Origin: a virus
DNA length: 43,883 bases
Reading direction: 5' to 3' (one strand)
Virus record (IMG/VR): IMGVR_UViG_3300014348_000129
Coordinates: 1-43,883 of that record
Both the position numbers and the translations under genes were made by a program. This document shows, in pieces, positions 6,520-12,714 of the stretch (position 1 is the stretch's first letter; every line of letters starts with the position of its first letter). The notes under the pieces are model-generated. The model saw only the letters and a list, made by a program, of their open reading frames with translations, searched no databases and was not told the DNA's origin.

Positions 6520-7629
6520 ATGCCCCGCAAGCCGAAGACTGCGCCTGCCGCGACCGCCGATGCCGGGACGCCCCCGGCCCCGATCGTTGCCTACAAGGGT
6601 TTCCATGCGAACCTGACCTGCCGCGGCTTTGCCTACGCCGTCGGCGGCACCTATCGCCACGACGGCCCGGTGGTGGCTTGCGAGAGCGGATTCCACGCCT
6701 GCGAGCACCCGTTCGACGTTTTCGGCTACTACCCGCCGGCGACGAGCCGCTTTGCCGTGGTCGAGATGGCTGGGGAGACCGCGCGCGAGAGGGGCGGCGA
6801 CAGCAAGATCGCCGCGGCCGAGATCACCATCAAGGCCGAGCTTCACCTTCCCGAGCTGGTCGCCGCGGCGATCCGCTACGTCATGGATCGCGTCAAATGG
6901 ATCGACGGCACATATGCCGACGGCGAGCGCGAGGCGGTGAAGACAGGCAAGGTCAACGGCGCTGCCACCGCATCAGGTTACCAGGGCGCTGCCACCGCAT
7001 CCGGTGACTGGGGCGCTGCCACCGCATCAGGTTACCAGGGCGCTGCCACCGCATCTGGCGATGGGGGCGCTGCCACCGCATCAGGTTACCGGGGCGCTGC
7101 CACCGCATCGGGGACCTGGGGCGCTGCCACCGCATCCGGTGACTGGGGCGCTGCCACAGCGTCCGGCAACCGGGGCGCTGCCACCGCATCAGGTTACCAG
7201 GGCGCTGCCACCGCATCTGGCGATGGGGGCGCTGCCACCGCATCGGGGAGCTGTGGCGCTGCCACCGCATCTGGCGATGGGGGCGCTGCCACCGCATCTG
7301 GGACCTGGGGCGCTGCCACCGCATCGGGTAGATGGGGCGCTGCCACCGCATCGGGGAGCTGGGGCGCTGCCACCGCATCTGGCGATGGGAGCGCTGCCAC
7401 AGCATCCGGCAATCGGGGCGCTGCCACCGCATCAGGTTACCGGGGCGCTGCCACCGCATCCGGCCCCGAGGGCAAGGTGCGCGGCAAGGCCGGCTGTGCG
7501 CTCTTCCTCGTCGAGCGCGCCGCCACCGGCGAAATCCTCGCCGTCTGGGCCGGCATCGCCGGCCGCGACGGCATCGAGCCGGACACGTTCTACCGCCTGG
7601 TCGACGGCAAGCCGACGGCTGTCGCGTGA
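6520..7629 (+). CDS. Nonapeptide-repeat protein: Cys/His-rich N-terminal domain + 19 x GAATASG-XX + small C-terminal domain
   Basis: 369 aa from ATG 6520. N-terminal YKGFHANLTCRGFAYAVGGTYRHDGPVVACESGFHACEHPFDVFGYY. Repeats at 6958..7470. C-terminal ALFLVERAATGEILAVWAGIAGRDGIEPDTFYRLVDGKP. Resembles an uncharacterised phage/prophage family I recall; not verified. Confidence 0.75.
   Translation: MPRKPKTAPAATADAGTPPAPIVAYKGFHANLTCRGFAYAVGGTYRHDGPVVACESGFHACEHPFDVFGYYPPATSRFAVVEMAGETARERGGDSKIAAAEITIKAELHLPELVAAAIRYVMDRVKWIDGTYADGEREAVKTGKVNGAATASGYQGAATASGDWGAATASGYQGAATASGDGGAATASGYRGAATASGTWGAATASGDWGAATASGNRGAATASGYQGAATASGDGGAATASGSCGAATASGDGGAATASGTWGAATASGRWGAATASGSWGAATASGDGSAATASGNRGAATASGYRGAATASGPEGKVRGKAGCALFLVERAATGEILAVWAGIAGRDGIEPDTFYRLVDGKPTAVA
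6958..7470 (+). repeat. 19 tandem 27-bp units, in frame, inside CDS 6520..7629
   Basis: The first 15 nt (GGCGCTGCCACCGCA) are invariant in 17/19 units. The last 12 nt fall into a few discrete cassette types encoding S-G plus YQ, DW, DG, YR, TW, NR, SC, RW, SW or PE. Confidence 0.95.
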
Positions 7630-7631
7630 GC

Positions 7632-7871
7632 ATGAAGCCTGCCGCGAAGGTGAAGCCGTACCGGCCGCCCGACGCGGCGGAAATCGAGACGTTCCTCGAC
7701 TACGTCGCCGGATGGATGGTGCGCAACAAGGGCCGGCAGCAGCTGATGCTGCCGATCTGGCGCGCCCTCGAGCGCGAGCTGAAGAAGGCGCAGGAGGCCG
7801 AAGCCATCCTCGCCGCAGCGCACGCCCGCGTCACACGATCGACGGGTCGAACGGAAGCGCGATCTTCATGA
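7632..7871 (+). CDS. Hypothetical protein (79 aa), last gene of the PL-type operon
   Basis: ATG 7632 lies 2 nt after the upstream stop. The 3' end overlaps the integrase 3' end by 41 nt, convergently. Confidence 0.5.
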   Translation: MKPAAKVKPYRPPDAAEIETFLDYVAGWMVRNKGRQQLMLPIWRALERELKKAQEAEAILAAAHARVTRSTGRTEARSS

Positions 7872-9192
7872 GCTCGGCCTGCCGCCAGGCGAGCGAGCCG
7901 CCGGTGCCATAGTCCGGCCGGTCGATCGCGTGGCCCATCAGGATGCGACGCAGGTCGTCCCCCAGCCCCGCCACTTTGGTCCTGTCCTCGAAGGAGTGAC
8001 GCAGCGAGTAGATCTTGTGCGCCGGCGTCGGGAACAGGCCGTTCTCCTTGAAGTACTTGTTCAAGGTCGCCGAGAGATCGTTCTCGCGGTTTCGATAGCG
8101 CGGAAAGCCGCCGGCATGGCGCCGGGCAGCCGCGAGCGCCACGCCCACCAGAGGCACCCGCCGGCGCGACGACTCCGTCTTGATTTCGCGCGGGTCGTCG
8201 GGATCCTCGCGCGGCTCGATGTTCAGATGCGGTACGTCGTGATCGAGCACGATCGTCGCGCCGTCCATGTTGCAGATCTCGCTCGGCCGCGCGCCCGTCT
8301 CGACCATGATCAGCAGCACGCCGCGCGCCTCGTCGTTCAGCGTCGCCAGCCGGCCGGGCTTCAGCAGCACGTCGCGGATCCATTCGGTCGGGAATGGCGG
8401 CCGCTTCTTCTTGCGCCGGGTCGAGAAGTTGAGCCCGGCGAACGGGTTCGCCCGGTTGGTCTCCCCCATGTGCCGGAAATAGGCGTCGTAGAGCACCCGC
8501 ATGTTGCCGAGGTCGCGGTTGCCGGAGGAGAAAGACGCCGTCGGTTGCCCGTCCTTGGGCGCGATGCGTCCGAGCCAGTAGCGATAGACCTTCTTGGCGT
8601 CGTCGATGCCGATCTCGTCCATCGCCTTGTCGCCGACCAGCGCCACGAAATTGCCGACGGCGCGGCGCTTGACCTTCTTCCACTGATCGCGCTGCAGCTG
8701 GCTCTTGCCGACCAGCTCGTCGGCCACGATCTCGTCGCAGTATATTTCGAAGGCGGCCGTCACGGTCGTCTTCGGAATGGCGACCGCGCCGGTGAGCGGA
8801 TCGGCGGCGGAATCGGGCAGACGCCGGTCGATGACGAGACGCAGCCGCTCCACGAGGGCGGAGAAGGCGGCAGGATCCTCGAAGCTGGCGGCGTCGCGGA
8901 AGCTGAAGCCCATTGCCTCGACGCGGCGCACGGCCGCGTCGTAGCGCCGGCGCACCGGGTCGCCGTCGCCGCTCGCCGCGAGGGACGACCACAGCGAATC
9001 GTCGGCCTGTTCCAGCATGTCGCGCTTGCGCCGGGCGACCTTGCGGTCCTTCGTCTTCAGCGATATCCGCACATGCGGCGCGCGATCGTCGAGATGGGCG
9101 ACGGCGATCGGCACCCGCCTCTTGTAGTGGAAGTTTCCGGCCCGCTGGATCAGGTAGCGGTCGGCGTCGTCTTGCTCTCGATTGCGGCCCAT
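7831..9192 (-). CDS. int: Tyrosine recombinase / phage integrase
   Basis: About 453 aa from ATG 9192. N-terminal RYLIQRAGNFHYKRRVP arm-type domain. Catalytic-domain motifs ETGARPSE, SLRHSFEDR, LMGH and DYGTG. Confidence 0.9.
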   Translation of the reverse strand: MGRNREQDDADRYLIQRAGNFHYKRRVPIAVAHLDDRAPHVRISLKTKDRKVARRKRDMLEQADDSLWSSLAASGDGDPVRRRYDAAVRRVEAMGFSFRDAASFEDPAAFSALVERLRLVIDRRLPDSAADPLTGAVAIPKTTVTAAFEIYCDEIVADELVGKSQLQRDQWKKVKRRAVGNFVALVGDKAMDEIGIDDAKKVYRYWLGRIAPKDGQPTASFSSGNRDLGNMRVLYDAYFRHMGETNRANPFAGLNFSTRRKKKRPPFPTEWIRDVLLKPGRLATLNDEARGVLLIMVETGARPSEICNMDGATIVLDHDVPHLNIEPREDPDDPREIKTESSRRRVPLVGVALAAARRHAGGFPRYRNRENDLSATLNKYFKENGLFPTPAHKIYSLRHSFEDRTKVAGLGDDLRRILMGHAIDRPDYGTGGSLAWRQAELMKIALPFDPSIV

Positions 9193-9217
9193 CTGCGCTC
9201 CGAAACCGGTGCGCACC

Positions 9218-9250
9218 TTGCGCCCCCTATTGCGCCCCCTATCGGGCCAC
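9218..9250. repeat. attP arm-type repeat copy 1 (TTGCGCCCCCTATTGCGCCCCCTATCGGGCCAC)
   Basis: Internally a tandem 12-mer TGCGCCCCCTAT x2. 30/33 identical to 9418..9450. Confidence 0.6.
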
Positions 9251-9290
9251 ACGGCAGGCTTCGTAGCCGAAAAAATGCAGGCAAGTCAAT

Positions 9291-9305
9291 GTGCGGTTAC
9301 CGCAC
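9291..9305. promoter_or_regulatory. Palindrome GTGCGGT-T-ACCGCAC in the attP-like region
   Basis: Perfect 7-bp arms, located between the two 33-bp repeats. Confidence 0.4.
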
Positions 9306-9417
9306 CTGTTGCTCTTCATCCGCACCAGTTTGCCGGCTGGCCGCCGACAATCAAGTGCCTGTTTTCGTTAACGTTTCTAGCGCGTCGTCGTACTGCTTCA
9401 GAAACGTGTTGTGCTTT

Positions 9418-9450
9418 TTGCGCCCCCTATTGCGCCACCAATCGCGCCAC
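9418..9450. repeat. attP arm-type repeat copy 2 (TTGCGCCCCCTATTGCGCCACCAATCGCGCCAC)
   Basis: Starts exactly 200 bp after copy 1, with 3 mismatches. Confidence 0.6.
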
Positions 9451-9604
9451 ATTGGGCTTGTCGCGGCGGTGCGCAATGCTGTCCCGGACCCGCACCCTCA
9501 GTCACCCGTGCCGGCGTGACAGGCCGAGCGGAAACGCCAGTCTGTCAGCGACTTCGGACTTTTCGGGCTCTCCGCTATGGTGTGGACAAAACGGGAAACT
9601 CTGA

Positions 9605-9694
9605 ATGGCCAACCGCCTCGCCTGGCTTGTCGGCGCGCTTCTCGCGCTCGCACCGATCGTCTACGGCCTCGCGCAGCTGTTCGGCTGGCTCTAG
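9605..9694 (+). CDS. Possible 29-aa hydrophobic peptide
   Basis: Not in the ORF track. Product [29 protein letters not shown] is one TM helix. Weak RBS. Its stop shares the CTAG palindrome with the stop of the convergent gene. Confidence 0.25.
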   Translation: MANRLAWLVGALLALAPIVYGLAQLFGWL

Positions 9695-9969
9695 CGCAGC
9701 TCGCCGCTCTTCATGTCACGCAGGGTCGGCGGCGACAGGCGGATGCTCACGTCCTTCGACCCGCATTTCGAGCAACGCAGCCTGGGCACCAGGTCGACCG
9801 CCAGCCAGGAGTGATCGCGGCCGAGCCGCCCGGAGATCGCTTGGAGATCGGCCTCGACGTAGTGGCCGCAGCGCAGCCCGGCGCGGCTCGCCTCGCAGTA
9901 GATGTAGAGCCCGTGCCGGCTATCGATCAGGTCGCCAATGGTCTGGAGACTCGTCATGCCGCCCGACAT
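9691..9969 (-). CDS. Small Cys-containing protein (about 92 aa), possible zinc ribbon
   Basis: From ATG 9969: MSGGMTSLQ...[18 protein letters not shown]...[12 protein letters not shown]. Divergent from the SRAP gene across 55 bp. Confidence 0.5.
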   Translation of the reverse strand: MSGGMTSLQTIGDLIDSRHGLYIYCEASRAGLRCGHYVEADLQAISGRLGRDHSWLAVDLVPRLRCSKCGSKDVSIRLSPPTLRDMKSGELR

Positions 9970-10024
9970 AGGACAGTACGACGCCGGTTGCCAGCGCGGT
10001 TCGCGCGCGCCATCTTCCCCCACC

Positions 10025-10768
10025 ATGTGCAATCTCTACAACGTCACCACCACCCACCAGGCGATCATCGAGTGGTCGAGGGCGATGCGCGACCTCGCCG
10101 GCAACCTCGAGCCGTCGATCGACGTCTATCCCGACCGATTCGGCCCCGTCGTGCGCAACGGTCTCGATGGCGTCCGCGAGCTGGTGCGCATCCGATGGGG
10201 CCTACCGTCATCGTCGCAGGCACTGTTCCAGGCGACGGAGAAGCGCGTCGAGAAGCTGCGCGCCAAAGGCAAGGTGGTCGGCGACGAGGAATTCAGGCGG
10301 CTCCTGAAAATCGAACCCGACGGCGGCACGACCAACGTGCGCAACACCAATTCCCGACACTGGAAACGCTGGCTCGGCGTCGAAAACCGATGCATCGTCC
10401 CCGTGACCAGCTTCGCCGAGCCGGATCCGGCCAGCAAGGTAGACGGCGGGCGCACGCCCAACGCATGGTTCGCGCGCGACGAGAGCCGGCCGCTGATGGC
10501 CTTTGCCGGCATCTGGGTGCCGCAATGGGAGAGCGTGCGCAAGGTGCGCGACGGGCTTGAGACGCTCGACCTCTACGGCTTCCTGACGACGGAGCCGAAT
10601 GCGGTCGTCGCGCCGATCCACCCGAAGGCCATGCCGGCGATCCTGACGACGAGCGCCGAGATCGAGACCTGGCTCACCGCGCCCTGGGACGAGGCGAAGG
10701 CGTTGCAGCGGCCCCTTCCCGACCACCTTCTGACCGTCGTGGCGAAGCCGGAGGCGATCGCCGCGTGA
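10025..10768 (+). CDS. SOS-response-associated peptidase (SRAP/YedK-HMCES family) abasic-site-binding protein
   Basis: 247 aa starting MCNLYN (catalytic Cys2). Also [29 protein letters not shown] and [12 protein letters not shown]. Confidence 0.88.
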   Translation: MCNLYNVTTTHQAIIEWSRAMRDLAGNLEPSIDVYPDRFGPVVRNGLDGVRELVRIRWGLPSSSQALFQATEKRVEKLRAKGKVVGDEEFRRLLKIEPDGGTTNVRNTNSRHWKRWLGVENRCIVPVTSFAEPDPASKVDGGRTPNAWFARDESRPLMAFAGIWVPQWESVRKVRDGLETLDLYGFLTTEPNAVVAPIHPKAMPAILTTSAEIETWLTAPWDEAKALQRPLPDHLLTVVAKPEAIAA

Positions 10769-10822
10769 CCCCTCCGGCACGGCCGACGCGTATTCAGACC
10801 GGGACCTTGATTGCCAGGCCAG

Positions 10823-10993
10823 ATGGCGGCCGAGGTTGGGTTTCAGGAGCTCGTCGTCAACATCGTCGCAGCAGGCTGGGGCGCAGAAGAGGTCGCGGCG
10901 GCGATCGAGGATCTGGCGAAGAACCACCGCCTGGCGCTGCGCGAGGTCACCGCAACCGAGGCGGCGATTCGGACAGCCCGGCGCCAATCCTGA
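10823..10993 (+). CDS. Small hypothetical protein (56 aa)
   Basis: ATG 10823 within track ORF 10811..10993. Alpha-helical, acidic: MAAEVGFQELVVNIVAAGWGAEEVAAAIEDLAKNHRLALREV... Confidence 0.4.
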   Translation: MAAEVGFQELVVNIVAAGWGAEEVAAAIEDLAKNHRLALREVTATEAAIRTARRQS

Positions 10994-11169
10994 AACGAAA
11001 GGCCCGCCACTCCGCTTGAAGCGACGGGCCGAGGAACTGTAGGACGCGGGACTACCAGCGACGATGATGCGCAGGGATAGCGCGCCTTGACCTGAGCCCA
11101 TATGTGCCGCCGCCAGCGTTTCGCCTCTCAGCGCCGCGCCCAAGGCCCTTGTCGCACATTCGCCAAGAC

Positions 11170-11205
11170 AAAAAAAGGCCCCGCCAGCCTTTCGGCCAGC
11201 GGGGC
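11170..11205 (-). terminator. Rho-independent terminator of the late/lysis transcript
   Basis: Minus strand reads GCCCCGCUGGCC-GAAA-GGCUGGCGGGGC. This is a 12-bp stem including two G-U pairs and a GNRA loop, followed by U7. It begins 22 nt after the stop of the last lysis gene. Confidence 0.85.
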
Positions 11206-11226
11206 GACTGGAGAGGGTTGCTGGGA

Positions 11227-11514
11227 TCAGCTTCGCCGGCGAGGTCGCTTCAATTCGTCGGCGATCTCCTCGAGCGTCTCGCGCATTTCGTCCTGCTTCT
11301 TGTCGGCCAGCCTCTCCAGCGCGTCGGCACAGCGCTTCACCTGGTCGACGAGCTGCCGCATCAGGTCGTGGTCGACGAACCCGCCGGCAACGCCGGCTGT
11401 TACCGGGTCGAGCTTGTGGGCGTTGCGGCGACCGTTGATGTAGCTGCCGACGGCGCTGAAGATGACGAGCAGTCCGACCACGCCGGCGCCGAGCAGTTCA
11501 GGGGTGAGTTCCAT
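11227..11514 (-). CDS. Single-pass membrane protein (95 aa), lysis-cassette member (holin/antiholin-type candidate)
   Basis: N-terminal TM LLGAGVVGLLVIFSAVGSYI followed by a charged helical tail. Overlaps the upstream gene. Confidence 0.5.
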   Translation of the reverse strand: MELTPELLGAGVVGLLVIFSAVGSYINGRRNAHKLDPVTAGVAGGFVDHDLMRQLVDQVKRCADALERLADKKQDEMRETLEEIADELKRPRRRS

Positions 11515-11950
11515 TGCGCGCCACCCTGCTGCCGTGGATCTTGTCGGACCGTCCCGCTTCGTTCATGGCACGGATGGCGTTGAAGGCATCGAGCAGGAAG
11601 AGCACCGGGTAGACCGCAAGCCCGGTGTTGTAGGCGCCGGACTGGAGGAGCCCGGCCGAGACCAGGAACCAGAACAGCCCGGAGAGGAAGGCGCCCAGCG
11701 CCCGCATATGCGGCGAGCGACGCCAGGCGCCATTGATCGCGAGGATGATCAGCCGGCCGCCGCCGATGAACAGGCAGGCGAAGGCCCAGCCCTCCTGCCC
11801 CATGATCTGCGCCAGCGCCCGGTACGATTGTCCCTCGACGAAGAGGTCGGGATTGGCGGCCAGCACCGCCGACCACATGAAGAGGATCACGGCGAGCGCC
11901 CATTCGGACGCCCGCGCCGGGAATGTCTCGCGGAGGGCGGCGAGTGTCAT
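11498..11950 (-). CDS. Four-helix membrane protein (150 aa), lysis-cassette member (holin-type candidate)
   Basis: Four hydrophobic segments: WALAVILFMWSAVLAA, WAFACLFIGGGRLIILAI, ALGAFLSGLFWFLVSAGLL and GLAVYPVLFLLDAF. ATGA overlap with the upstream ORF. Confidence 0.5.
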   Translation of the reverse strand: MTLAALRETFPARASEWALAVILFMWSAVLAANPDLFVEGQSYRALAQIMGQEGWAFACLFIGGGRLIILAINGAWRRSPHMRALGAFLSGLFWFLVSAGLLQSGAYNTGLAVYPVLFLLDAFNAIRAMNEAGRSDKIHGSRVARNGTHP

Positions 11951-12081
11951 GGGCGAGCCTCCCGATCCGTCATAGTCTGCATTGCCCTTTCTCCCATTGG
12001 TCCGGTGAAGACGACCGCCAGGCCGGCCGCCAGAAAGGCGACCCCGACGAGCAGGATCGTTGGCCAGTCGACGTCGCGCAT
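11947..12081 (-). CDS. Small single-TM protein (44 aa)
   Basis: MRDVDWPTILLVGVAFLAAGLAVVFTGPMGERAMQTMTDREARP. ATGA overlaps at both ends. Confidence 0.4.
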   Translation of the reverse strand: MRDVDWPTILLVGVAFLAAGLAVVFTGPMGERAMQTMTDREARP

Positions 12082-12389
12082 CACACCTTCTCGCGCTCGT
12101 CCTTCAGGTTCTGGTAGAACGCGGCGCAGCGTCGCTTGCTGGCGTTCGCCTCGCTCGTCTGCCGCCGCTCCAGCGCGATGGCCGACCGTGCCTCCATACC
12201 GGCGGCGAGCGGCGCGTGCGGCACATCTCGATGGCACTCGGGTGGAAGGTCGGGCAGCGCGTCGCCTGCCGCGGCGCGGCCGGCCGCTTCACCGGCGGCC
12301 TGAAGACGCTCTTCCGTTGTCGTGCAGCCAGCGCAGATCAGCATCGTCAAGGCGACAGCCACGCCCAGCATCCGCGAGCTTCTTTTCAT
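12081..12389 (-). CDS. Outer-membrane lipoprotein spanin component (o-spanin/Rz1-like)
   Basis: 102 aa. Signal plus a lipobox-like MLGVAVALTMLICAGC, then a Pro-rich mature part. The 5' 101 nt overlap the i-spanin gene in another frame. Confidence 0.55.
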   Translation of the reverse strand: MKRSSRMLGVAVALTMLICAGCTTTEERLQAAGEAAGRAAAGDALPDLPPECHRDVPHAPLAAGMEARSAIALERRQTSEANASKRRCAAFYQNLKDEREKV

Positions 12390-12714
12390 AGTCGGCGATC
12401 TCCTTCTGCAGGTCTGCCGCGCGCGCCTCGGCCGCGGCGGCGTCGGCGTCGGCCTGGCGGCGATAGAGCTCGAGCGCGGCGGTCGCGGCGGCCCGGCGAC
12501 GACGCTCCTCGGCGAGTTGAGCTTGAAGCGCGGCCGTCTCTACCCGGGCGACGCAGCTGGCCGTCGCCTCGCGGGCGACTCGCGGGTTGTCGATCCAGCC
12601 GTTCCAAAGCAGAAAGACGCCGGCCACCACCGCGCCGGCGCCGAGAGGTGTGGCGATCGCGGCCATCAAGAAGGCCGAGACCCGCTGCCAGACCAGGGCG
12701 GCGATGGCGGTCAT
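12289..12714 (-). CDS. Inner-membrane spanin component (i-spanin/Rz-like)
   Basis: 141 aa from ATG 12714 (ATGA overlap with the endolysin). N-terminal TM AFLMAAIATPLGAGAVVAGVFLLW followed by an Ala/Arg/Glu coiled-coil region. Confidence 0.65.
   Translation of the reverse strand: MTAIAALVWQRVSAFLMAAIATPLGAGAVVAGVFLLWNGWIDNPRVAREATASCVARVETAALQAQLAEERRRRAAATAALELYRRQADADAAAAEARAADLQKEIADYEKKLADAGRGCRLDDADLRWLHDNGRASSGRR

Noticed and set aside
6958-7470. Tandem 27-bp repeats as a possible CRISPR array.
   Set aside because: The units are contiguous with no spacers, in frame inside a CDS, and no cas genes or leader are present.
6953-7912. Alternative-frame and antisense ORFs over the 27-bp repeat array (7004..7912, 6953..7633, 7194..7427, 7332..7871 5' part).
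   Set aside because: They are open only because the repeat lacks stops in all frames. Only the GAATASG frame is continuous with the structured N- and C-terminal domains and has an RBS-ATG start.
7930-9519. 529-aa plus-strand ORF opposite the integrase, and ORFs 9182..9604 and 9411..9971 in the attP-like region.
   Set aside because: The first is antisense to a motif-rich integrase. The latter two merely translate the GC-rich repeats (PPIAPPIAP) and have no RBS or plausible start.
9193-9604. Search for a tRNA gene or tRNA 3' fragment as the attP core, and for any rRNA, tmRNA or CRISPR elsewhere.
   Set aside because: I could not recognise a cloverleaf, a GTTCGAATC-type T-arm or a CCA-adjacent acceptor segment by eye. 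Absence is not proven without tRNAscan/Infernal.
11001-11030. Imperfect hairpin GGCCCG...CGGGCC after the 56-aa gene, considered as an intrinsic terminator.
   Set aside because: The stem is interrupted and no U tract follows on either strand. Kept only as a possible weak structure.
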